Below are positions 1 through 12,800 of a stretch of 64,000 bases of DNA, one piece after another. Numbering within the stretch: position 1 is the stretch's first letter; each line of letters begins with the position of its first letter. The translations under genes and the position numbers were made by a program. The notes under the pieces were generated by a model. It was not told the DNA's origin and did not search any database. It saw only the letters and a list, made by a program, of their open reading frames with translations. Location of the stretch: NCBI RefSeq assembly GCF_009914755.1, contig NC_060947.1; one strand, 5' to 3'. This DNA comes from the human T2T-CHM13v2.0 reference genome, Homo sapiens.

Positions 1-640
1 CTTTAGAGAAGTGTCTGTTCATGTATTTTATCAACTTTTGAATGAGGTTATTTGTTTTTTGCTTATTGATTTGTTTAACTCCTTGTAGGTTCTTGGTATT
101 GTCCTTTATTGGAAGCGTAGTTTGCAAATATTTTCTCCCATCCAGTAGGGTGTTTGTTTACTCTGTTGATAGTTTCTTTTGCTATGTAGAGGCTCTTTAG
201 TTGTCTAACTAGGTCCCATTTGTATATTTTTGTTTTTGTTGCAATTGCTTTTGGGGACTTAGTCATAAATTGTTTCCCAAGGTCAATGTTTAGAATGATG
301 TTTCCTAGGTTTTCTTCTAGTATTCATATAGTTTGAAGTCTTACATTTAAATATTAAATCCATTTTGAGTTAATTTTTATAATGGTGAAAAGTAGGGGTA
401 CAGTTTTACTTTTCTGCCTATGGCTAGCCAGATATCCCAGCATAATTTAGTAAATAGATAGTCCTTTCCCTATTGCTTATTTTTGTCAACTTTGTTAAAG
501 ACCAAATGACTGTAGGTGTGCAGCTTAATTCTTATGTTCCCTATCCTGTTCCACTGGTCTATGTGTCTATTTTTGTACCAGTGCCAAGCTGTTTTAGTTA
601 CTGCAGCCTTGTAGTATAGCTTGATGTTGGATAGTGTGAT
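1..640 (-). mobile_element. L1 ORF2 3' fragment (L1PB/old L1PA-like), 5'-truncated
   Basis: Minus ORF 75..266 ([13 protein letters not shown]...WEKIFANY) matches the L1 ORF2 C-terminal region. Confidence 0.9.
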
Positions 641-1590
641 GAACAGAAATGCAAAATCCTCAAGAAAATACTAGTAAACTGAATTCAATAGCAAACTAAA
701 GATATCACACATAATGATCAAATAGGATGCAAGAATTGTTTGACATGCAAATCAATAAATGTGATACATCCCATCAATGGAATGAAGGGTAAAAATCATA
801 AGTGTTTAACAAACTTTTGCCTCCTTTCATAATTAAAAACAACTCAACAAATTAGGTATAGAAAGAATATACCCAAACATAAAATGGCCATATATGACAA
901 GACTGCAGATAACATCACATGTAATGGATAAAAGCTGAAAGCATTTTCTGTAAGATCGGAACAAGACAAGAATGCCCATTATTGCCACTCCTGTTCAACA
1001 TATGCATCAAAAATTGTTATTAGTAATAAGTGAATTCAGAAAAGTTGCCATATAAAAAAGCAACATGCAAAAATCAGTTGTGTCTCTACACACTAACAAT
1101 GAAGTATCCAAAAAGGAAATTAAGAAAGCAATTGTATGTATAATGGCATTAAAAATAATAAAATACATAGGTATAAATTTAACCAAGGAGGTGAAAGATC
1201 TGTGCAATAAAATCTATAAAATATTGATGAATGAAATTAAAGAAGACACAAGTCAATGGTAACTATCTTAAGTTCCTGGATTGGAAGAATTGATATTGTT
1301 AAAATGTCCATACTATCCAAAGAAGTCTACAGATTCAATGGAAACCCTGTCAAATTTTGAATTGCATTTTTCAGAAAAATAAGAAAAAAATCCTAAAATT
1401 TGTATGGAATGATGAAAGGCCCTGCAAAGCCAAAGCAATGTGGAGCAAGAACAAAGCAGGTGGCATCACACTACCTGATTTCAAAATATACTATAAGGCT
1501 ACAGTAATCAAAACAGTGTGGTACTGATATAATATCAGAGATATGTACCAATGGAACAGAATAAAGACTTGAGAAATAAATCCACACATT
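641..1590 (+). mobile_element. Older L1 (L1MA-like) ORF2 fragment
   Basis: gcaaaatcctcaagaaaatactag...; ORF 1065..1262 KYIGINLTKEVKDL (L1 RT region). Confidence 0.85.
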
Positions 1591-1601
1591 TTTTTTTATG
1601 G

Positions 1602-4170
1602 CGTATTAGTCTGTTTTCGTGCTGCTGATAAAGACATACCTGAGACTGGACAATTTACAAAAGAAAGAGGTTTAATTGGACTTACAGTACCACATGGCTG
1701 GGGAGGCCTCACAATCATGGTGGAAGGCAAGGAGGAGCAAGTCACATCTTACATGGATGGCAGCAGGCAAAAAAAGTGCTTGTGCAGGGCAACTTCGGTT
1801 TTTTAAAATGATCAGATCTCATGAGGCCCATTCATCATTATCATGAGAACAGCACAGAATAGACCTGCCCCCATAATTCAGTCATCTCCCACTGGGTCCC
1901 TCCCATAACATGTGGGAATTATGGGAGCTACAAGATGAGAATTGGGTGGTGACACAGAGCCAAACAAAATCATTCCGCCCCTGGCCCCTTCAAAATCTCA
2001 CATCTGTCAGGCCTCTGAGCCCAAGCTAAGCCATCGCATCTCCTGTGACCTGCATATATACGCCCAGATGGCCTGAAGTAACTGAAGAATCACAAAAGAA
2101 GTGAAAATGGCCTGTTCCTGCCTTAACTGATGACATTCCACCACAAAAGTGAAAATGGCCAGTCCTTGCCTTAACTGATGACATTACCTTGTGAAATTCC
2201 TTTTCCTGGCTCATCTTGGCTCAAAAAGCTCCCCCACTGAGCACCTCGTGACCCCCACTCCTGCCTGCCAGAGAACAACCCCCCTTTGGCTGTGATTTTC
2301 CTTTACCTACCCAAATCTTATAAAACGGCTCCACCCCATCACCCTTTGCTGACTCTCTTTTCGGACTCAACCCGCCTGCACCCAGGTGAAATAAACAGCC
2401 TTGTTGCTCACACAAAGCTTGTTTGGTGGTCTCTTCACACGGACATGAGTGAAAATGTCCTCACATTTGAAAACCAATCATGCCTTCCCAACAGTCCCCC
2501 AAAGTCTTAACTCATTTCAAGCATTAACTCAAAAGTCCACAGTCCAAAGTCTCATCTGAGACAATGGAAGCCCCTTCCACCTATGAGCCTGTAAAATCAA
2601 AAGCAAGTTAGTTACTTCCAAGATACAATGGGAGTACAGGCATTGGGTAAATACAGCCATTCCAAATGGGAAAAATTGGCCAAAACAAAGGGGCTACAGG
2701 CCCAATGCAAGTCTGAAACCCAGCAGGGCGGTCAAGTCTTAAAGCTCCAAGATGCTCTCCTTTGACTCCATGTTGCACATCCAGGTCACACTGATTCAAG
2801 AGGTGGGTTCCCATAGTCTTGAGCAGCTTTGCCCCTGTGGTTTTGCAGGGTACAGCTTCCCTCCCAGCTACCTTCACGGGCTGGCATTGAGTGTCTGTGG
2901 CTTTTCCAGGCACACAGTGCAAACTGTCAGTGGACGTACCATTCTGGGGTCTGGAGGATGGTGGCCCTGTTCTCACAGCTCCACTAGGTGGTGCCCCAGT
3001 AGGGACTCTGTGTGGGGACTCCCACCCCACATTTCCCTTCTGCACTGCCCTAGCAGAGGTTCTCCATGAGGACCTCACCCCTACAGCAAACTTCTGCATG
3101 GGCATCCAGGTGGTTCCATACACATACATCTTTTGAAATCTAGGCACAGGTTCCCAAACCTCCATTCCTGACTTCTGTGCACTCACAGGCTCTACACCAC
3201 ATGGAAGCTACCATGGCTTGAGGCTTCTACCCTCTGAAGCCATGGCTCAAGCTCTACATTGGCTCCTTTCAGCCATGGCTGGAGTGGCTGGGATGCAGGG
3301 CACCAAGTCCCTAGGCTGCACACAGCACAGGGACCTAGGACCTGGTGCAGAAAACCATGTTTTCCTCCTATGCCTCCTGGCCTGTGATGCGAGGGGCTGC
3401 CGTGAAGAACTCAGCCATGCCCTGGAGATATTTCCCCCATGGTCTTGAGGAATGACATTGGGCTCCTCATTGCTTATGCAAATTTCTGCAGCTGGCTTGA
3501 ATTTATCCTCAGAAAATGGGATTTTCTTTTCTATCACATTGTCAGGCTGCAAATTTTCTGAATTTTTATGCTCTGCTTCCCTTATAAAACTGAATGTCTT
3601 TAACAGCATCCAAGTCACCTCTTGAATCCTTTGCTCCTTAGAAATTTTTTCCACCAGATACCCTAAATTATCTCTCTCAAGTTCAAAGTTCCACAAATCT
3701 CTAGGGCAGGGGCAAAATGCTGCCCATCTTTTTGCTAAAACATAACAAGTTACCTTTGCTCCAGTTCCAAACAAGCTCCTCATCTCCACCTGAGACCACC
3801 TCAGCCTGGACCTTATTGTTCATATCACTATCAGCATTTTTGTCAAAGCCATTCAACAAGTCTTTAGGAAGTTCCAAACTTTCCCACATTTTCCTGTCTT
3901 CTGAGCCCTCCAAATTGTTTCAAACTCTGCCTGTTACCCAGTTCCAAAGTCACTTCCACACTTTCAGGTAACTTTTCAGAATGCCCCACTCTACTGTTAC
4001 CAATTTACTGTATTAGTCTGTCTTCATGCTGCTGATAAAGACATACCTAAGACTGGACAATTTACAAAAGAAAGAGGTTTAATTGGACTTACAGTTCCAC
4101 GTGGCTGGGGATGCCTCACAATGGTTGTGTAAGGGAAGGAGGAGCAAGTCACATCTTATATGGATCGTGG
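1602..4170 (-). mobile_element. THE1 (THE1A/B-like) MaLR provirus: 3' LTR 1602-1972, internal 1973-4008, truncated 5' LTR 4009-~4170
   Basis: LTR ends read (c/t)gtattagtc...gctgctgataaagacatacc at 1602 and 4009. The internal region matches THE1-int and gives the typical degenerate MaLR ORFs (CPCPRDLWNFELERD). Confidence 0.92.
2005..2454 (+). mobile_element. Solo LTR7 (HERV-H LTR), 450 bp, inserted in THE1-int
   Basis: tgtcaggcctctgagcccaagc...ctcttcacacggacatgagtgaaa; TATAAAA 2319-2325; AATAAA 2390-2395; 5-bp TSD ACATC/ATGTC. Confidence 0.95.
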
Positions 4171-5127
4171 CCAATGTTGAGAAGATTATTTCCTAGGCTG
4201 TCTTCCAGGAATTTTACAGTTTGAAGTCTCACAAACTATTAAATATTCAATGCATTTTGAGTTAATTTTTTTATATAGTGAAATGTAGGGGTCCCAGCTT
4301 CAATCTTCTGCATATGGCTAGCCAGTTATCCCAGCACCATTTATTGAATAGGGAGTCCTTCACCCATCGCTTGTTTTGTCAGGCTTGTCAGATCAGATGG
4401 TTGTAGGTGTATGGCTTTATTTCTGAGTTTTCTATTCTGTTCCATTGGTCTATGTGGTTTTGCATACCAGTACCAAGCTGTTTTGGTTACTGTGGCTTTA
4501 TATTATAGTTAGAAGTCAAGTAGTGTGATGCCACCAGCTTTGTTCTTTTTGCTTGGGATTGCTTTGGCTATTCAGGCTCTTTTCTGCTTCCATTTGAATT
4601 TTAGAATCTTTTTTTCTACTTCTGAGAAAAATGGCATTGGTTATTTGATAGAAATAGCATTGAATCTATAAATTGCTTTGGGAAATATGGCCATTTTAAC
4701 AATATTGATTCTTCCTATCCATGAGCACGAAATGTTTCTCCATTTCTTGTGTCATTTCTGATTTCTTACAGCAGTGTTTTTTTATTTCTCCTTGAGATCT
4801 TTGCAGCAACATGTATGTAGTTGGAGGCCATAATCCTAAACAAATTAACATAGGAACAGAAAGCCAAATACCACATGTTTTCACTTATAAATGGGAGTTA
4901 AGCATTGAGTTAAGTGTTGTTACGATGAGTAACATGGACATAAATATGGAAACAATAGATACTGTGGACTACTAGAGGATGGAAGGTGTGTGGTGGATTG
5001 AAAAGCTATGCCTAATGCCAGAGTGATGGGATTTATACTCCAAACCTCAGCATTATGCAATATTTTCATGTAACAAATCTGTGCATTTACCCCCATATCT
5101 AAAATAAAAGTTGAAATAAAAAAAAAA
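4171..5127. mobile_element. L1 (L1PB-like) with 5' inversion: antisense ORF2 ~4171-4800, sense 3' end ~4800-5127 with A tail
   Basis: Orientation switches at gagatctttgcagcaac; ends aataaaagttgaaataaaaaaaaaa. Confidence 0.8.
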
Positions 5128-6093
5128 CTCTGCAAAATGCTTTGTACTCATATGTGCTCCAATTGTATTGCAGAAACTTCAAAGCTATCTTACTCAATTT
5201 AGTTTGTCTTTTAAAATATACCTGTTTTCAATCCATGGATAATGATTCAGATGTATTTTAAGCATATAAATTATTTTTAATTTAGATCTACTTTCATTGA
5301 GATAAAAATGTTGGCAGTTTATAAGTAAATTATTTCAATCTGCCAGGCGCATTGAAATTTTATCATAAAGTAGAGATGTTTGCCTCCTTTGCTGCAATTT
5401 TTTAGGAGATTTTTAGAAAGACAGAGTATAAGTATTAAACATAAGTTATGTCTGAAAAAAAAAAAAAACCTATTCAATTCCTCTAGGCCCAGAGACTATT
5501 GCAGAAGAGGTGGGCTCATGAGATTGTAAGCACCAATTTTGAGGAATAAAAATATAATTCTCTGACTTAAAGGAATCATTCAATGTATATATTATTATTT
5601 TATTTTATATATTATTGTTGCCATTCCAAATCCTTTGTGAAATAAAGCAGAATACACAAAAATAAAACATGATAGTTAATGATAATAATTAACATATATT
5701 GAATATTTATTATGGTTCTATGGACAGGGTATATGCCTAAGTTTTTCTAAGATTTGACTCAGAAATCCATGGAATTGTGTCCATTCGTTATCCCTGTTTT
5801 ATAGATAAGGAAACTGATACTTCTAATTTGCTTCAAATCACATATTTGCTAAATTGCAGAACCAGAATTTGCATCAAGAGCTGTCTGACTCCACAACTGA
5901 ATATTTAACTACTAAAATATAGTCTGAAGATATTAAAAAAGACACAACTTACAAATTGTCTATTTTTAATACTATTTAAAGTCTATGCCTACAACAAATT
6001 TTATAAGATACATACTTTTATTAATATTTGTATTGCTCATTAAAAATTAATATAATATTTCCTCTAAAAATGAAAAAAAGGTATTTTCTTCTC

Positions 6094-6386
<293 letters not shown>

Positions 6387-8344
6387 AGGTATTTTCTTTC
6401 AGATGCAAATCGAAGCAGTTCAGTGATAGTCTGTTCCTCTGTGCTCACATCCTAGACATTCTTCAAATCCAAGTGTGAGCGACGATTCTCCTGGAAACTT
6501 TTCCTTAAATGTCAACCTTTAATGATTTTCCTCTTTTACAAAGTAATAAACTTAGAGTTGTGCCATACAGATTTATATTTAACTGTTCTCTGATAAAATT
6601 ATTTTTATTCAGTGTATATCCCCAAATAAGAACTAAGCTTCTTAAAAGCAAAATCAATGTCTTCTGTTTATTTTGAACTATGTACAATGCTTAGAAGAAT
6701 TTTGAATCCAATAAATAGCTGTTGATCAGATTGCTTGATATTATAAGTTATTCAGATGAGTGATAAAAATTGATGGCTCTTGAAGACAAAATTTAATGAA
6801 CTACCTAAACATTGCATTATACTTTCACATAACACTTTCCCAGATATTCCTAGAGTAATTTTGGTGATATTTTAGTTTTGTTAAAAATATTATTTTGAAT
6901 TAAGAAGCTTTCTCAATGCACAAAGAATATTTTAGAGCCTTTCATCATAAATTGGAAATTCATGAACTTCTGATATTCATGATCCAGATTTAGTCATTCT
7001 ACTTGCCAAATGAAGTAATTTTCACAATAGCAGGTAAAAGCTATTTTGGCTGGAACCAAATGAAAAAATATTGATTTGAAGATTTTTAAAGAAAATTTTC
7101 AAAGTAGTGTGTGAACAGTATTGGAAACTGACAAGAGCCATTTTTCGAGCTTATACTAAAGAACAAGTACCATTTCCTAGATCACAGTGAGGTGCTAAAT
7201 AAAAGTTGTATGCATTGTATATCATTTTCATTTTGAAATAAGTTAAATGAATAAAATTAGTGTAAAATATCAAACCTGATTTTTAATATTATAATTAAAA
7301 CTTTAAATACAAAGGAATGACTTGAGACAAAATTAAAGCCTCATGTTTAATAACCATTTTTGATGCCTTTATTCTATCTGAAGTATAGGTGTCAAGAAGC
7401 ATATGATATTTCATGGTCAAGTCTTTAAGCAGGTTTCACTTAACCAAGCAATGAGAAATGACAGACCTCACAGAACTCGATAGTCAAATTATCTTTTGAA
7501 AATTCCCAGTGTCCGCCTCCAATTATTATGTGCAGAAAATCATACTGAAGTTATTGGCAAGTGACTGAAATATCAGTTATCCTAAATAAAATAAAATAAA
7601 TACTGCTTATGTATTTAATACTAAAGTCTTAGATAAATATTATGAGGCTCTACTTTCCATTTATTATCAAATTAGGCATTTTAATATGAAAATATTTGAA
7701 ACATATTAAGTGGGACATTATAGTTCTTTAAAAATCACCAATGGGAAAATCATAACTAATATCCCATTTCAAATAAAATAAGCTGAGAAATAATTTTTTA
7801 GAATTACAGAACAGAATCAAATGTGCAAAATTCATATGTTCTAACTTTAAATTTGAAAACATCTAATCTTTCTTAAGTGATTTACAATGGCTTATGTAAC
7901 ATCTGAATATTTATTAAGTGTTTGACTGAATACCTTTAACGTTGTTTTTTCCTATCTCGAAGACATTTTGTTTTTCCTTGTTTGCTAGGGAACAGTTCCT
8001 TTGGAAAATTGCAGGCAACATTTCCTTTGGTTACATTGAAAATCTACATGGTCATTCATTAGATGGAAGCCAACTGATTACATATGAATTTGTCCTGCCA
8101 AGATGTAGAGTTAATCATTTTTTTGGAGACGAATGAGGAACCTAAGCATTCTGTAGCTGATGGGGATGTCAGGGTTTTTGTAAATAGTATGCTATACTCA
8201 TTTATCTTTCTTATTCTTTCAAAAGAATGGAACACAATAAAAGTCTGACTCTACAGCAAAGAAAGTCACAGAACCTATATAAGTCTGGTGCAGGAGAGAA
8301 TAACGGAAAAAAAGTCACAATCATAACACTAACATGAGTAACAA

Positions 8345-8500
8345 CTAACACTTACTGAGCACTTACTATATGCCAGGCACTATGGTTTGAATTGTTCATG
8401 CATTTCTTCATATACTTTTCACAGAACCCTATAAGATAGGCACTGTTATTCTTTTCATGGAGATAGATTACTTGCTCAAAGTCACACAATTAGCTGCTGA
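8345..8500 (-). mobile_element. MIR fragment
   Basis: cacttactgagcacttactatatgccaggcact...acttgctcaaagtcacaca. Confidence 0.65.
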
Positions 8501-9269
8501 ATGTGTACTACTGCCCAAATTATAAATCTTAAGTTCCGAATGACTAGGATTTATAATCACAAAACAGCAAAGTGCCTGCAATGCAGTAGGGACTTAAAAA
8601 TATTAAGCGAGTTGATTAAACGTTACCTTTATGAATTAGTACATTAAAAAAGAAAAAAAAATCTTAGACTATTGAGTGTTTTCTTATTATATGCAGATTC
8701 TCTATATAATTTAAACTTGCTAAACTTGGGGAACATAACAGAAAATAGGAAAGTTAGAATGTGTTTGTTTCTGGGTTCACTTGTCCAAAAATATTTTAAA
8801 GACCATCCGTGTTAAACCATGTATTACGCACTAGTGATATAACCAGTATAAATCAGAAAGAGCCCTGCCTTCTCAGAGTTCATAGTGGAGCTCATCTACC
8901 ACAGGTCTCTGTTAAACACTGGCTTCAAAATAAAATGAAATCTACAAAACCCGTTTCCAGGGAAACTATTATCAAAGTAGAGTCTGTTTCTTTTGCTCCA
9001 AACACCCTTCGTTTCTTTTCATCCTAGTAATACCTACCCATCCATTCACCCTTAAAGAATGTGCTTAAATGTTAATTTGTGTAAATAGAATTGCTAATGA
9101 TAATCACTTCCTTCTCAGTAATGAAATGATATTACTTCTCAGTAATATCATTTCATAATATATATCAGCTGTGTTATAGCACACATTATTGTGATTACTC
9201 AATTACCTCTTGAAGGCAACAGTCATATTTATCGCTTTGCATACTGCCTTAGGTTTAGTAGGTGCTTTT

Positions 9270-9576
9270 CTTAGGTTAGAAACAGATAATGTTTCTGAGA
9301 TGAGGATTCCTGTGCAAGTGATTTATTAAGAAAGTGCTCTTGACCCAGGGGAAACTGGTAAGGGAGCCGGGGGCAACAGGATAGGCAAGGGGTGGAAGTC
9401 TAACAAAGATTTGATCTCAGGGCAATTCCTACAGATGATAAAACTTCAGTCTGATCCTATAGGGTAACCCTGGAGTGAAAGCTAAGTCTGAGATATCTTG
9501 TCCCAAGAAAAGAAAGCTGGGTTTTTATGTCCTGCCCATCAAACAGAGGATGTAAATCCCTAGGCATTTCTAGCTA

Positions 9577-9613
<37 letters not shown>

Positions 9614-9760
9614 GTGTAGTGTATGTGTAGTGTGTGTGTGTGTGTACATGCAAGCACTGCAAAAGAGCCATCAGTAGCCCAAGGGCAGTGTTGTGAAAAA
9701 GATGCAAAGTTGCTGACTGTTAGATGCAAAAGCACACCAAAGGGGAGCTTAGGTGCACAT
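9270..9760. mobile_element. ERVL LTR16-like relic containing a compound microsatellite
   Basis: ctgagatgaggattcctgtgcaagtgatttatt resembles the LTR16-family end; subfamily uncertain. Confidence 0.5.
9575..9646. repeat. (TATGTG)n / (TG)n compound microsatellite
   Basis: Directly visible. Confidence 0.95.
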
Positions 9761-10575
9761 GTGCATAGTAAAAAGGAATCTGAGGGATCTGGCACAGTAA
9801 TGATAATATCTACTACAGAGCTCAATATTCATTTTGTAAGATAAAGAATCAATCCATTCATGACTCAGGCTAAGGCAGCATAACTGGGATAAGTCACATG
9901 AAGAATCAATGGGTTCAGAGTCAGAGTTCAGAGAAAAACAAAAACTAAACAATACCATTTAGACTATTGACATTATCTCTTAACTTGCTGCTTCCTTATT
10001 TAATTTCCATTACACAATAAATCACCAGCTTTCTCCAGTGTTCACTGCTGGCTAAAACAGGTACTACAAAGGAGAAGGTACATAAGTAGGAATGGTATTT
10101 GGTGTAAGCAGTTACTGAAGTAGTCTAGAGAGCTGAGAGTCACAATCTGGGTCCATGACCAAACTTTCTCAGATTCTTATTTTTTCAGAAAAGATAAAAT
10201 TAATATTATGAATATAAGTTGAATTTAGAACCATTTATTTTTTTCTGTTTTCTACTGTATTCTACAGTTCTCAGATTTCTGTTAGCCATAGATCTCCTCA
10301 TCCAAAGAGATGTACACACAAATTGAAACCATCCATTTGAGCCTAACAGGTTTTACACCCCAGGCGCTTGGCATAACCATGGGAAAAGTGTGCATAAAAT
10401 GTTATATTCACAATTTAATACAAAATCTCTTATGTCCTTCAACTTTTTCCTACAACAAATCAAACTCCAAATATTACACCTCTTTCCCAACACACAGCAA
10501 AACTGCATAACAGTAGTTTATCAGCTAGCAGTTTGACCCTGAGTAAATAGTGACAGTTTAGAACATGACAGATCT

Positions 10576-10940
<365 letters not shown>

Positions 10941-11262
10941 TTATTATAAGGATCATCTTATACAATTAATTTCACTTCAGCTTTAGTTTCCTTATGTATA
11001 AAATAAAAATAATCATATAATCTAACTTGCAATGTTGTATGAGCATTAAATAAGACAATCTGTATGAATTCCTACCTTCAGTGCTTAACAAAAGAGAAAT
11101 CGCCCATAGATGGCAGCATTTTACCAGAACTCAAATCTCTAACCATTTTTATTTTTTTAAGCAGGAGAAACGTTATTCTTCAAGCCATAATAATATTGGC
11201 ATAAAGGTGTACATATTTTGCCACTCTACATAGTGTTAATCAAATTTTCCAGTTCACCTAAG

Positions 11263-12160
11263 TGTGTCAGTTCAGGGGCTCACAAAGTAGATGCCAAGAT
11301 GGAATAAGGAGTATAAGAGATTTATTGGGGCGTGACAAAGACTGCTTCCTTGGCCAAACTTTAGACAGCCTTCTCTGAGCCCTCTTTTCAACTAGGCCCT
11401 GTCTTTGGACTGCCTAGCCCAGGTTTAGCAAGAATCCTGCTGAGGCAGTGTAGTAAGAATGCCTTGATATCAGATTATCCTGGCCTGACTTCAGCAAGAA
11501 TCCTGTTAAGTTGGTTTAGCAAAAATGACCCTACCCTTGATGTTTCCTCTTCCTAACTTTCCATCCTCTGATGCCCCTCATTCTGCTCATTGGCTATAAA
11601 TCCCCAGTTATCTACTGTATTAGGAGTTGAGCTTAATCTCTCTCCCCTATTATGGTAGTGTTAACATCTATTGCAATAGTGTTCCCAAATGAAGTCATCC
11701 TTACCTTTTTACAAATGTCAGAATACTTTTTTTTTAACAGATGACACCTATGTAAGATAAGGGGGAAGGGGCCAAGAGTAGGTCAGAAAAATCTTCTGAC
11801 AATAATGTTGTTCTGACCCCCTCCTGTGAATGGAGAAGGGGGAAAGTAGGAGGAGGGGATAGGAAGAGCCTCAGAGCACAGTGCAGCTCTGAGAAGGTCT
11901 TGGCAATAGAATGGAGAGCTCTAGCGTAAAGATTGCCCATAGGAGACAGTGCATTGGGCAGAAATGGCCAGACCCAAATTCCTTTTCCATGCTCAGTCAT
12001 TGGCTGGGGACTTCCTGGGGAGAGTGTATCCTTGGCTCAAATGCCTACACTGAATCCCAAATCCTAAAGGCACTGCAGCTGGAGGCTGTTAGCTAACTGC
12101 ACTCCCCCTATCAGGTTCTCTCTCCAATTTCCAATGGAGCTCTGAGCAGTTGCCACACTT
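11263..12160. mobile_element. ERVL LTR16-like relic interrupted by MER31
   Basis: agatgccaagatggaataaggagtataagagatttattgggg | gatgacacctatgtaagataaggggg continues across the MER31 insertion. Confidence 0.5.
11333..11739 (+). mobile_element. MER31-like ERV1 solo LTR
   Basis: tgacaaagactgcttccttggccaaactttag...ctctgagccctcttttcaactaggcc; ends ...ttaaca (TG...CA). Confidence 0.75.
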
Positions 12161-12534
12161 AGTCAGGTGCTCATGTTCTGTGTTTAGATGACAGTGTAAT
12201 AGAATTGAAAGCAATGTGTTTCGAGTCTGGACTTACTAGTTGTGAGACCATAAGAAAGTAGCTGAAACCCTTTGAGCTCAGAGAAAACATATGGCAGTGA
12301 CTGTTCCAGGATAATCTTGAGAGCTGTGATCATTCACTATAGTCTCAAGGTGTGGATTCCAACAGTGGAGCTATTGCCAAAGCTTTATTTTCTTCTTTCT
12401 CCATTTCTACAGCCTGATTCTTTTACCTGCTCAAAAAACCTTGATATGCCCATTTTGAAAGCCATTGCTTCTTTTCCTTCTTCCTCAGTTTCCCCAAATT
12501 CAGTTTCTACTAATATTAATGCCCAATAACTTGC

Positions 12535-12800
12535 ATAAGTCAGGATGGGTTATGCTATGCTGCAGTGACAAACAACCTAAATATCTCAGAGGCTCAGTCA
12601 TTCTACATACCTAGCAGCTGCAACTCTGCTATACATTGAGGCAGGAAGAAAAAAAAAGATATGGTGAACCACACATTCACTCTTAAAATTTGTGCTGCAA
12701 AATGGCACGCATTGTTTGACCAAGGAAAATCATGTTATTAAACCTAATGTCAACAGAACAAAATGCAGAATCCTCTTATAAGACTTCTCAGTAATCAAAT
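12535..12800 (-). mobile_element. MLT1-like MaLR LTR relic
   Basis: agtcaggatgggttatgctatgctgcagtgacaaacaacct...atctcagaggct. Confidence 0.5.

Noticed and set aside
500-1590. Opposite-orientation L1 segments as a single twin-primed insertion
   Set aside because: The overlapping parts (~520-640 and ~1465-1590) are too diverged and carry different subfamily features. Better explained as a 5'-truncated L1 inserted into an older L1 with TGATG microhomology.
2608-3971. Long ORFs (192 aa, 180 aa) and similar ones at 46.1-47.3 kb
   Set aside because: Degenerate MaLR/THE1 internal sequence, not host genes.
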